From contig JBHGNT010000007.1 in the NCBI GenBank assembly GCA_043228905.1, positions 2,914,001 to 2,978,000 of the forward strand: a stretch of DNA of 64,000 nucleotides. The letters run 5' to 3'. Source of the DNA: Azolla caroliniana (lineage: Eukaryota; Plantae; Polypodiophyta). Shown piece by piece: positions 39,686 through 51,575 of this stretch. The notes under the pieces were generated by a model. The model was not told the DNA's origin. It worked only from the letters and a program-made list of their open reading frames with translations, and did not search any database. Made by a program: the position numbers and the translations under genes. Each line of letters opens with the position of its first letter. The first letter of the stretch is position 1.

Positions 39686-40178
39686 ATTCCAATATTGAGA
39701 TGCAGTTGGCAACACATCACGTGTATCTGAAAGTACATGTCTTCCCAACTGTACAGAATATTGGAAGAAATTGAACTTGTTACCCATATAAGGATCTGCC
39801 CACTGATAATCAAGTGGGTCCCAATCTAATTTGAATATAGGTTTTTTAGCTAACACCCACAACTTACAATGTGGCCTTATTTCCTCTATCATCGGATCAA
39901 TATACCATTTACGATCAGCATATCCAATGACCCTTATCTTGTGCTCAATAACATAGGGGTAATCTATCACCATTTCCGGGGACTGAGATAATTGGTTTGT
40001 TTCATCCACCTCAAAAAACCGGTATGTCTTATCATCTGAATACCCCTTCACAACCAAGAGTACTTCCAATCTTGAAAAAACCCCAAACCATCTATGGTTA
40101 GCATTATTGGGTGGTATGGGAAGTCTACTTATTACTTCCTGAATTTGTTGATACATTATTTGGCCGCCATAAATACTA

Positions 40179-43067
40179 GTGGCGTCCAATCACGATCCTT
40201 AACACGGCATACAAGATACTCGCTAAAGTCCTAGCTCGGCGGTTAGCAAGCTTCTTACTGGACATCATACATGACAATCAAACTGGATTTGTCAAGAACA
40301 GGTGTATCTTTGATAATGTGGTGCTTCTTTGGGAAGCTATGGCATTGGCCGACCGCTCCGTATCGAGCTCGGCTATTCTGATGTTAGACTTCGAGAAGGC
40401 CTACGATCGGGTGTTATGGCCCTTTTTGGAAAATGTGATGTGAGCTTTGGGCCTACCTCAAAAATGGAGGAATTGCACTTCTGCACTCTACCGGACAGCT
40501 ACGAGTAGCGTGTTGTTGGCTGGTTCTAGGGGACCCGCCTTCCAACTACAACGCTCAGTGAGGCAAGGTTGTCCCCTAGCCCCATATCTCTATCTCTTTG
40601 TAACCGAGGCTTTCTCTGCCTACTTACAAGCACCAACCAGCAGGCTGCGGGGATTGCCCATCCCCAATGCGACTGAAGATTTGTTGTTATCTGAATATGC
40701 CGACGATACGGTTCTTTTCTTGCAAGGTGATGAGGAGAATCTGCAGCGGGCTGAACATCTTGTCGAGGACTTTTGTCAGGTGGTTGGTGCCAAGATCAAT
40801 TGGAATAAAACCCAAGGCCTATGGTTCAGCGAACAAGAGAAACCAAGATGCCAACCCCATGCCGATTTTATGTGGGTCCCTAATGGGACGACGTTCAAGT
40901 ACCTTGGATTTACGATGGGGAGGTCAATCCCCAAGGGAGCGCAATTGGCCCACGTACAAGCCAAAATAAACAGGAAGTTGACCCAATGGAGTAGATCTAA
41001 ACTATCCTTCGCTGGTAGGGTCCTTGTTGCGAACCAAGTGTTGCTCACTACCATGTGGCACTCAATCTCCTGCTGGATTATGGACCGTGTAGGTCTGCAC
41101 GCGATTAAGGCTGCCATCAGGGGGTTTATATGGTCAGGTAAGGACAACCCAAGGGTTGCTGCCAGAGTGTCATGGTGTTGGTTAACGCAACCACGGGCCA
41201 AAGGGGGGCTTGGCCTCATAGACCCCTTAATGCAAAGTCGTTCATTGCTGGCTAAAATGGTGGTTCGCTGCCTCCTGCCAGGTAAGGGGTGGTGGAAGGT
41301 ACTTCTTCGCAACAGGCTGCAAGCAAGGACTCCCAAGTATGGTAGGCCTTGGCCCGACTCCTTGAATTGGTGTTGCACGAGCGGAGTCCCACCCAAGCTA
41401 GCTTGCCATCCAAAGGACAGGGTCGCGAACTCCATCTTGCGGGCATGGTGCAATCTACGACAGCATTTGGTCAAACACACCCCGGAGGCATTCACCGAAT
41501 GGACTAAACAGCCACTATTCTAGAATCCTCAAGTGCGAACAAGTGACAACACGATGCTAGGGCAACTTAAGGGCCTACCATGGGGAAAGCTGGCACAAAC
41601 ATGCATCCTATCTATAGACGATTGGAGACGCATGGATGTTTCAGGAAGATCCCAAGAGGACCTTTTCCCTCCCCTCAAGGGAGCTACGAAAATGCGGAGA
41701 CTGATAGCTGAGGCAGTTGACAGGGTTCCGATGGGGGAGGCGAGAGAACCTGCATGGTTCGGTCTCTTTGACGAGGTTGGAATGGTCAAGTCGCTAAAGG
41801 GTGTGAGCGGATCGGGGAGAGATACAGTTTTTGGGGATGGTCAGAGCAAGGGTTCTTGGCACCCAATCCGAGTGGTGGCACAGGTTGACAACATCTGGAA
41901 GACAGACCCGGATGTTGCTAAGGTGGAACCCCATTGGAGGTTAAGGGTATATGGTTGTCGCCCCCTTGTCGATCTGGATTGGGACCCAGGGGATTTCAGA
42001 TGGAAACATGATGATAGACTCCATCACTTCTTCGATTACACCACTAAATTGGGTCGGACTTTGCAGCTATAGCTGGGCAACCCCCTTCGCAATGGCTGGC
42101 GAACATTGGGCATCCCCGATGAGGTGCTCATTACCTTTTGGAAAGGTCTCTGGCGCCTCCACATGCCTGAAAAGATCAAGCTCTTTTGGTGGCAGATCGG
42201 TCATAATGTGGTGCCCGTTGGTGAATGGCTAGGTAAACGCGGCGGCCTGTTAGGTTGCCCAATGTGCTCTCGACCTATTGAGACTCAGAGGCATTGTCTG
42301 TGGGATTGCCCTCAAGCTCAAAAGATCTGGGATAGAGTGACTCGCCTCCTTGCGGCATGTGAAGTTGAAGGAACAGCCTCGTGGAGCGCTGCGGCATGGA
42401 TTGGTCACTCGGTCGAAGGGTGGACGGACACCGTCAATGCGGATAGTTGGTGCTATGTATGCACGAGAGGCAAAATCGTCAAGATCCGTTTCGAAAGAGG
42501 CTTGCAGCCCGCATCCCCTAGGTTTCCTGAAATCTGGATGCTGATTGCAGGTTTCACCTTGTGGTACATATGGAAAGCGCGTTGCCTCAAGGTTTTCCAA
42601 GGTACGGTACGGCCCCCGGAGGAAGTGATCATGGACATATGGTTCGCGATTATCAACTGCCTACGAGGGCAACTGGAAGAGATTTGTAGCCACTCCAACG
42701 ACGTGATCTCTGCCCGATTGCGCTTTTGGCAGAAATGGAGGAACACACCTATGGTGATGCAAGGCGAGAGTGACCCGAGGTGGAATTACCAGCCCCCACG
42801 CTGGTTGTTTCCTACTCACTTGCCACCCTCTCTTCGTTGTAGGCCCCAAGAGCCGACTCGTACTAGGCAACATTGAAGGCCATCGCCTTAGATATAGGTA
42901 GCTTCTTACATTAAGTTAGGCCGCAAGGCATTGTAAGTAGGTTGATCTTCTTTTACTTGATCGGAGGAAGACTCCCCGATGTGTGTATAAGTCTCCTTGT
43001 AGACTCTCTATGTAATAATCCTTCCTAACTAATGGGAAAGTAGCTTCATTTTGAAAAAAAAATAAAA
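40179..43067 (+). mobile_element. 5'-truncated L1 LINE (RT to 3' end), inserted antisense into another L1
   Basis: WRPITIL, LDFEKAYDRV, SVRQGCPLAP, YADD, CPMC..ETQRHCLWDC, YQPPRWLFP; poly(A) 43054-43070; TSD AAATACTA (40171-40178, 43068-43075); in-frame stops. Confidence 0.92.
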
Positions 43068-43473
43068 AAATACTACGTAGGATTTCTTTTTGCTCTTTCA
43101 ATGAACGCAATAAAAACTCTTTCCAAGTCTGAATTGTTTTTGCTTGACCTTTTGTCATTTTCCCCCACGATAGCCATTGTCTGGAACCCAACACTAAACC
43201 ATATGATGTTGTAAACAACGGGTTCCAAACAATCTTTTGTCTGAGATAGTCAACATAATGTTTGGGACACATAGATACGTCTTATGTATGTATTTGTAGT
43301 ATATATACATACCCATTAGACATGTATATGTATACATATAGACATAGGCAAGAACATTGGCATACATTTACACATAGATACGCACACAATCTACAAATAA
43401 ATGTATGTATTTGTAGTAACATTAGAGACGTCTATCTACATATACATACACATTAGAGACGTATATCTATATA

Positions 43474-43702
43474 CATAGTACGTAAAATTCGTGTTCGTCT
43501 AGCATAACATTTGTTTTCCCACGTTGGAAAACGAATGCGAATGTTATTCAAACATTCTTGTGTTTTTTTTGTCCATTTTTTAAATGTTTTCGGCTTATTT
43601 ACCTCATAATAAATAGTTAATCCAAAAGTATGGTATTTATCATTCTCGGATGGTGTTTTTTCGTACGCGAATGCACGTATGGTACGTATGGTTCAGACTA
43701 TG
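43474..43702 (+). mobile_element. hAT-like MITE (229 bp)
   Basis: CATAGT...ACTATG termini; 8-bp TSD TCTATATA (43466-43473, 43703-43710); same family as 1280-1522 and 5803-6583. Confidence 0.85.
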
Positions 43703-43889
43703 TCTATATATACATACATACACATACATACATGTGTGATTATATGTATGATTATATGTATGTATATATACAAATTCCTATAGACGTGATGAAGAGTCAC
43801 ATGTAACTCTATGAAGAGAGAGAGAGAGAGAGAGAGAGAGAGCCAGAGAGAGAGATTTTCTTCACGTTAAATAAAAGAGAAGAGGAAGA

Positions 43890-46800
43890 ATGGGGCTCCT
43901 GAAGATATGGAGGAAAAGCTTGGAAGCCATAGCCACTGGTGCGAGTGCTAGTGTTGCTTCTGCTAATGAGAAGGTGAACAAGAAGAAGAAGAAAGGGGTG
44001 GAAGAGGATGAGCATGATGGACATGATAAGGATGATGGGCATGATAAGGATGATGTCCCACGTACCAAACACAAGAAGAATGGCATGCATGTCTACCATG
44101 AAAAACCATTCCCTCCACTCAAGACCCCCATCTCGCCACTCTCTACTAGGGTTTCCTCTACCTTTGGACGCCAGGTCTCTCTCTATGAACATAAATTGCA
44201 TTCTTCAAGTTTGGCATGCATGCAATGCAATGCAGAAATTCATGTCTCGCACATTAGAATGTTAGATCTCAATTCTCAAAGGAATCTTGACCAATATCAT
44301 CCCTTGAAACATGATTCAATCCGAATGTCTTTCTTGCTCGCATAATACCATGTCAAGCATATACATATAGTATTAGGAAAAACAAATGCACGTAGTACAA
44401 GAAAAGAGTCTTGCATAGAAAAGTAGAAATTTGATGGAATTTTTGTTGAAAAAACCAAAGGTATTGTCTAAAAAAGCATCAGGACCCACCATCCTTTTCG
44501 GAACATCGGAAAGAGAAACAGTGGAAAAGGTAAATTTTCTTGTTTTCATTATTTTGACACTAGGAAAATCACCAATATGTTAACTCCTCATATTTGGTCT
44601 TTATTGTTGACAAATTATAGCAATACTTCAATCAAGAATTTGATAGGTGTAAGGCTGGAAGAGATGGGCCAGGCGAGTGGGTTTTGTTGAACAACCATTA
44701 ATTTCACAATATTTCTCATGTACAATCAATGCTAATGCAATGTTTGATCATTAATGCAGGTCCTATATATACGGTGAAAGTAACATCCATAGGAAAGCAA
44801 GTGGAGTCCATAAATGAAAATGCTCCTGAAGTTGTATTTGGGATGTCTAAAAGATTCGCATCGGTATGCATATCTTATGGTTTAAGAAAGCTAAATCATT
44901 CTAGTTATGTTTCCATGCAATATGATGGATGCTATTTGCAAATTGCTTACACCCATCTTATGGTAATCTTTATTGTATTCATGCGACTTTTGTACTTGTG
45001 TTAAATAGCAAAGGTTTGGGGCGGGTAATCCTGGACCTGGAACATATTCTTCAACCTCGGCGTTTGGTAGACAAGTATGTCCTCTCTTTCTCTCTCTCTC
45101 TCTCTCAAGAAGTAAACCTTGAAATGCTAACTAAATACTATATGTGTAAACAACTGAAAATCCAAGTTTTCATGGCATGATTGATTTTTAGCAATATTTT
45201 GTATCAATTCAGTAGTAAAGGACAATGTGCCAATTTCAGGTTTTATCATACCAAAAATCACCATTGTCTGCTGATTTCAATCGCTCAACACGAGAAGACC
45301 AAAATAAAATCTACATGAGTGCAGCATTTGACAAGGTGGTACCAATGAAACACACCCACAAATATTGGCTCATCTACCTAATGAAATAATTATTCACAAA
45401 AAGTAAAAAATAGGGTTTATCACTACCATAGAACTTATCCCTATTTACATGCCTAATGAATGTAGATCAAATATGGTGTGGATTCCCCGGGGCCGACAAT
45501 TTGTGATGATTCGTCTTCTTTAGGAGACCAAATTACTGCAAACTTCAAATCTGCACCCAGATTTCGATTTGGTCGAGAGAAGAGGTTTAAGGTGCATACT
45601 TCAAATGGCATGGTTTCCATTAAGTAAATTTTATTTGTTTCAAATATTTTAGCAAGTCTTCACACCTCAAGACTTTGTAGCAAACACTTAACTACAAAGC
45701 TGCTATGAAATCAGCAATTAACACACTCATGCCAAACTTCATGATGGTGTAGCAACACACATAGGATTATGTTCAAATAGTTGTCACACATGAAAACAAT
45801 GAAATGTGAGACATGCCAAATTGTAGATGCCCAATACTTGGGAAATATGTCGTCATAGGATACAAATACATCATATAACAACCGCTCTACAAGCATCAAA
45901 GCATATTGTTATGCATCAGATGGCTCATGTATGGTCCAAATATATGGTTTTCTAAGGCACTTCCCATTGAATATTACCATTGCCTTAAGCCAATAAAACA
46001 AAATTTAGTAAAGCAACACTTTACCTTCTGGTTCTCACATAGACATCATTCACTACATATAAGGATTACATCGAATTCCTAATAGAATGATGCAAATGAA
46101 GAAGCCTTTGTGCACAATCCAAACACCGAAGGAGTTTATATAGACCTAGATGAGGACTTCACGTAGCGCAACCTTTTAAGTACAATTCGCGAAACATCAC
46201 ATAGACGTGGACAAATGCCAATATGACAAACGTTGACCTATGCCACACGTAAAGAAGAAAGTTTTTCGGTGTGTAAATGTTTTATCAGCACCCTTTTATG
46301 AACAATGCATCTTCTCCTGGAGTGGGGAAATATGAAGCTGCAAGCTCCTTTGGCAAACAAAATGAGTCAAAGACAAAGAATATTCCTTCGTTTAGTTTTT
46401 CGCATAGCAATCGTGATCAAAGAGCTAAGGTATGTACAAGTTTTCTTAATGCAAATGAAAATCCCCTCCAAAAGCTAATTGAAAGAATAAAGATCCTGGA
46501 AGTTATGAACCTTTCAAGCCTTATGGGAGTTTTCCCATCGTAATGCATTGAAATTTGTATAGGTTTTCATATCACCACAACATGATAAGGACCATTATGG
46601 AGCAGAATCACCAGGACCTGCAGCAATTGGTCCAAAGGCATTCCCAAAGATGGTAAACAAATCTTTGTTTCTAATTGTTCTTTTAAGCATTGCATGTCAC
46701 TCTGTAATGGAGATGTTCCCATTTAAGTTTCTTGTTGTAATTTCAAGTGTTTTCAGGTATTCTGTATGGTTTGAGTTTTTATTAATCATAATGAATAATA

Positions 46801-46938
46801 AAAGTTCTATTTCTTATTCAGGGTCAACTACAAATTGATTCAAGAAAACCTTCATGTACTGCCTCTCAATTTGGAACATCTACACGCTTCAAACAATATT
46901 ACAGTGACAATCCTGGTCCAGGGAACTACAATTGTTAA
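43890..46938 (+). CDS. ODF3/STPG (SHIPPO-1, sperm-tail PG-rich repeat)-like axonemal protein, ~381 aa
   Basis: Ten in-phase exons: 43890-44174, 44461-44529, 44621-44672, 44760-44863, 45009-45074, 45240-45335, 45466-45591, 46289-46429, 46563-46652, 46822-46938 (1146 nt). Repeated (S/N)PGP(G)xY...FGxQ..S...P.F.FG...R units (DGPGPIY, NPGPGTY, SPGPT, SPGVGKY, SPGPA, NPGPGNY). Intron 3 is GC-AG. Confidence 0.8.
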
Positions 46939-47709
46939 GTTTTTTGCTCTGTAATGAATGTATGCGTAAGCTTTTGTTATAAATTGGAAAATATATTAAG
47001 TGTTTTAATCAAATCTGCAATCAATATATATCTACCTTCCATAAATGAAACAGAATTACAAAATGAATGAATGTTGAATTTACATCGCCAAAATGTTATC
47101 AAATTAATTATGTCATTCCATACAAAACTAAAGATATGGAATGAGAAGTTATACCACTTACCCCCATAAGGTAAACTGGATATACAATGAAATCTATTAA
47201 CTTTGTCAAATCATTATCCATATATGTTAGTGCACACAAAAGTATATCCTCAGATCACATTTAGCATAATATGCTCGATGAACACGAAATATTCTTGTTG
47301 TGGCATAAATAGCTATCTGCATCCCAATACCCAGCATTTCTGTCTCTAACAAGCAAAAGTTCCAGTCCAGACAACTGATTTATTGACAAGGTGCAACATT
47401 ATATGTTAAACGTATTTAATGGATACATACGTTCTTTCAAGTTGCATGACAGGTCAACATGCTTCAAAATTCACTCTAAAAATATACTGCTGTAACGATA
47501 ACTTAATTGTGTATTCTTGGGTGCAATAGGTATATGCCACTAGAACTTCCAAAGATAGATAAAATCTATTTTTTATATACATCTACGCATCCATCCATAT
47601 GGATGTACATATATTACATATATACCATCTTTACAAAAAAATTTGTTATTGCATAATCTATAAGAGATCCTTACGTAAAAATTAATATACACTACGAAGT
47701 TCCCAAGCC

Positions 47710-50700
47710 CTAATTTGATCCCTGAGGTACACGGTAGAAATCATATGATTTATCATGTCCTTGCACAGCCTCTTTCAAATGGCGGATAATTGTTCGTTCG
47801 CCAGGCAATGCCGATGTTCCAGTAACACCCTCTCTCTTTACAACAAGAAATGTGGTTCCATCTTCATCATTCTCTATTGTGACTACCAAAGAGCCTTTAG
47901 CTTGCAAGACACCCATTTCAGCTGCAATTAAGGTTAGATGCACCCCATTAGGCAATGGGTCAGCTTTAAATGGAAGAGGAAGTGGTAACTCGCTAGATGA
48001 GGCAAATGTTATGGCCCATTCCTGTGCACTCTGTATTACCTGACCAAAGGTTGGAAAGACAATATATTGGAATTTATAAGACAGATAGTAGATGGCATTC
48101 AATGGAAATATATAAAGCTTATGCATCTCAACTTGTTTGTTTTCTTGTCATAAATGATATGAACATACTTTTAATTTTGACTAATCCATGATGTGAAAGC
48201 TTATGCATGCTTCTTTTTGTAGTACTACATGATACAAAAGCTTATGCACACTTGAAATACATGTATGAATCTTATGCACACTTCTCTTTTGTCGTATGTG
48301 GCGCGTGATTCTTTTTTTGTAGTACATAGTAATCTATCACACAAAATAAGTCTGAGAAAAACCTTTGAAGCTTCATTCGATTCTATCTCTAGTTTCAAAA
48401 GTTCGGATGTGGATGATCTGCCGAATAAACCGTACCAAGAAGTTGAATCCTTATTATTAGACTTCTTAGTAGTGGTAGATCCAGGTTGATTGAAACCCCA
48501 TGACCATAACCACGAAAAGACACCAGCCCGCATTTTGAAATCAGCATCCATTCTGGCTTTCCTTTGGGCTGGGGTTTCTTCCCTCTCATTAGCTGAATTT
48601 CATCCCAGAAAAGCATACATCGTTAGTAAGAGAGAATGGCATCCCTAAATGTCTGGAACTGAAGACTTTGATTTCGAAAGTAATATCATGCCAAAGAGAA
48701 GATCTTCCTATGAGTTAATGCTATTCTTTTGAATATGGAAGATATAGCAGCAAACCAACACAATGAGATACTAAATGCTCTTGTAACCACTTGTACTCTC
48801 CAGCCTTTTTAAAGGCACTGCTGTCCTTGTATCTCATTTGATGAAAATAACACCCTTGACCTCACTTTTGAATGTTGGCTAATTCTGTTTTAAGTTTCTT
48901 AAATTTGTCTCCCTTAATATAATGTATACTAGCTTCAGCTCAGTTTTGAATGTTATTGGACTTTGATAAGTTTCTTGATAGTGTCATTTAATATATTATG
49001 ATCCCCCACAGAGGTTCAGGCCTAGTGGTTTGAGCCTGAGTCCTAGAAATCCTACATGAGTAGTTCAACTCCCACCCCAAGACTCTATTGGCACAATCGA
49101 CAATTAAACTGCCATTAAGAGGAAAAAAAGAAAGAGTATTTGAAATAGAACACAACCACAGTATTATAGCACGGTAGATTTTATTACAAGTGTACCACAA
49201 TTTGTTTTTTTGTTCCATATGTTGCTAAAATTTGAGATGTGCATCTTTCTTTTTGTTTTTACCTTTACTGTTCAAATTTGATGTTGCCTCCATTTTGCGT
49301 TTGAAAGTCCTTGCTGCCATAAAGACATTAGAAGGTCGTTCCCAGCCCCCACCGAAAACACCATTACTCTCCTTTGGTTGTGGTCGCATAAGGTACTCCA
49401 ATACAGGTAAATCTTCTCTTTCTACATAATGAATGCAGTTCACTGGACATGCTTGTAAAGCGACCTACAGCATTTCATCAACACAGCCACAAATTTATTT
49501 GATTTCACACAAAAGAGATTATATAGCCAAAAACAACTAAATCAAACCAGACCTTGATTTGAGCATCAGAATCCCCCCATTGATTGGTAACTCGAGCACG
49601 ACCACTGGATTCATCCATGGAGAAAGTTTTGTGTGCATGGAAAACACACTCTCGGCATCCTGTTCATCAATATGTTAGGGTATTAATAGAGATGCGAGAC
49701 CCATTCGTGATGACGAAGCCCTGACTAAAGTGATAAAGAGGCCTAGATATGCAAGTTTTTTAATGGTATCAAATTGTGAAACAGCCCTGTGCAAGCAAGA
49801 TGTTGGATGATGAAACCCTAATGAAAACAAAAGTGGCCAGTTGTACACAAGCAAGTTGTTGGATAATGATACCCTAATCAAATCAAAGAGAGTTTGGCGT
49901 GTGCAAGATGTTGATGATAAAATCCAAATCAAATAAAAAGGAGTTGAATATATGCATGATTTTGACAATGAAAGCTTTATAGAACTGAAAAAAGTGCTCA
50001 GATGATTTGAATGATGAATACCTAATCAAATCAAAATTGAAGAAATGAATGCAAGATTTTGGTTTCTATAAGACAATGCATCACCACATCAGGCATGCCA
50101 AGGTTTCTAACAAAAACAACACGCAATTAAGGTTAAAAGTATTTTTACCTATGCAAGCATTCTCGTCGACAAATATACCCTGAGGTCGATCAGGGCCATT
50201 CCATGCACTATACGAAAAGCCAGTATAAGAATACTCTGAAGTGCCTCGGGTATTGGGATTAGAGGATGAGTAAGCACGGCGCAACTCATTGCTAGTCAGA
50301 GTCTTGTAAGCTTCATTAAGCAAGAGAGTCATTGCATGGCCCTATCAAATCAAACACCAAGGACCGTAGTGTTATGAGTGTATGCACAATTAAGCAATTG
50401 GGATTTAATTAAGGTTATCCACTACAGTATGCACACCAGCTCATGGACAGGCTTTTGGCCAGGGACAATCAAAATGGCTATCATCTGGAGTCACAGGGTT
50501 TGTGGGTATAGCATATGCATATCTAAGTAATTAAGAGTTACAAACATGACATTCACATATACACACATGACACACCCAGCATTACGACTATAACATACAT
50601 CCACACATGTGTGAAGTACATGGTGATGGTTTACGAGTACAGTGTGCCATCACATGACACATATGATGTTATTGTCAGTTACATATGATATATTGCACAC

Positions 50701-51223
50701 ATTATACAACATGACACCAGTGATGGTGACATCTTGGCATGTCAGTGATGAGTGAACAGTACATCATAAATCCACAGGATGATGTCACATGTCACATACT
50801 TATGACATCAAGTGAAACTACATTAAATTCATGGGAAGATGAAAAACCTCAGGTCCAGCAACATCTGGATGGTGTATTTTCTGCAGATTCCGGTAAGCTT
50901 TGCGGATTTCTTCGTACGAAGCATCGACATTAACGCCCAGGATTTCATAATAATCTCTGTGGTTCAGATCATCCGCATTAGAGATCCGAGTCGAAGCTTG
51001 AGCGATAATCCTGCAGCAGGAGGAGGAGATTAGGGGGGGGGAAGTGCACCAAAAATGATACTCAAATTGATGATAAAAATGATGCTAAACCGAGGAAGCA
51101 GAGCAAGATGAAGCAAAACCTGAAGGTTGAAGGGGAAGATGGTCGACTTGTCGATGTTGGGTTCCTTCGATTGGGTTGAAACGAGTATGATGGGAACAGA
51201 GGAAACATCAGAGAAGAAGCCAT
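47710..51223 (-). CDS. DJC76: Chloroplast DnaJ-ferredoxin (J-domain + Fe-S domain) chaperone, DJC76-like, ~442 aa
   Basis: Exons 51120-51223, 50848-51010, 50149-50341, 49553-49659, 49263-49464, 48363-48592, 47710-48039 in phase (1329 nt). Ser-rich transit peptide; J domain DYYEILGV...HPD...LLNEAY; ferredoxin [13 protein letters not shown]...ACPVNCIH; C-terminal ELPLPLPF domain. The specific paralogue name is from memory of the family. Confidence 0.88.
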
Positions 51224-51437
51224 TAGGAAGGAAATATCACAAAAAATATCAAGAAAGATAATTGCTGTTGGTGATGGATGGCTGGAGGAGGCCCTTTTCT
51301 TTTTTACAATCTGAGGATCTCTCCCCCCCCCATAAGAAAGTGATCAAATGAACCTTTGAGAAATCTATATACCTTTTGATATGTCACACAATATGTGCCC
51401 CGCCCCATCGGTCTCTACGAATGCCGGCCTCGTAACC

Positions 51438-51575
51438 AAACTATAATAAGACTCGGGAACACAGAAGAGCAAGAGCATTCGAAGAGAAACTATCACAAGC
51501 CTCGCAACATTGAAGAGCGTTCGAATGAAACTATAACAAGCCTCGGAACATTGAAGAGCATTCGAATGAAACAAG
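51438..51575. repeat. ~41-bp tandem repeat x3 upstream of the DnaJ-Fd gene
   Basis: aaactatMacaagcctcgSaacattgaagagcRttcgaatg units. Confidence 0.8.

Larger units (their letters stand above)
38176..43266 (-). mobile_element. 5'-truncated L1 LINE with nested MITE and nested L1
   Basis: 17-bp TSD ACACATAGATACGTCTT (38159-38175, 43267-43283); T-run tail; ORF2 C-terminal remnants (LDWDPLDYQW, CIRC..ETQKHCLW, FQPPKWLFPPP). Confidence 0.88.

Noticed and set aside
40179-43067. Twin-priming 5' inversion of a single L1
   Set aside because: The + segment has its own 3' end, poly(A) and TSD, so it is an independent insertion
51438-51575. Heat-shock elements in the DnaJ promoter repeat
   Set aside because: GAA/TTC spacing (GAAgagcaTTCGAA) does not fit nGAAnnTTCn
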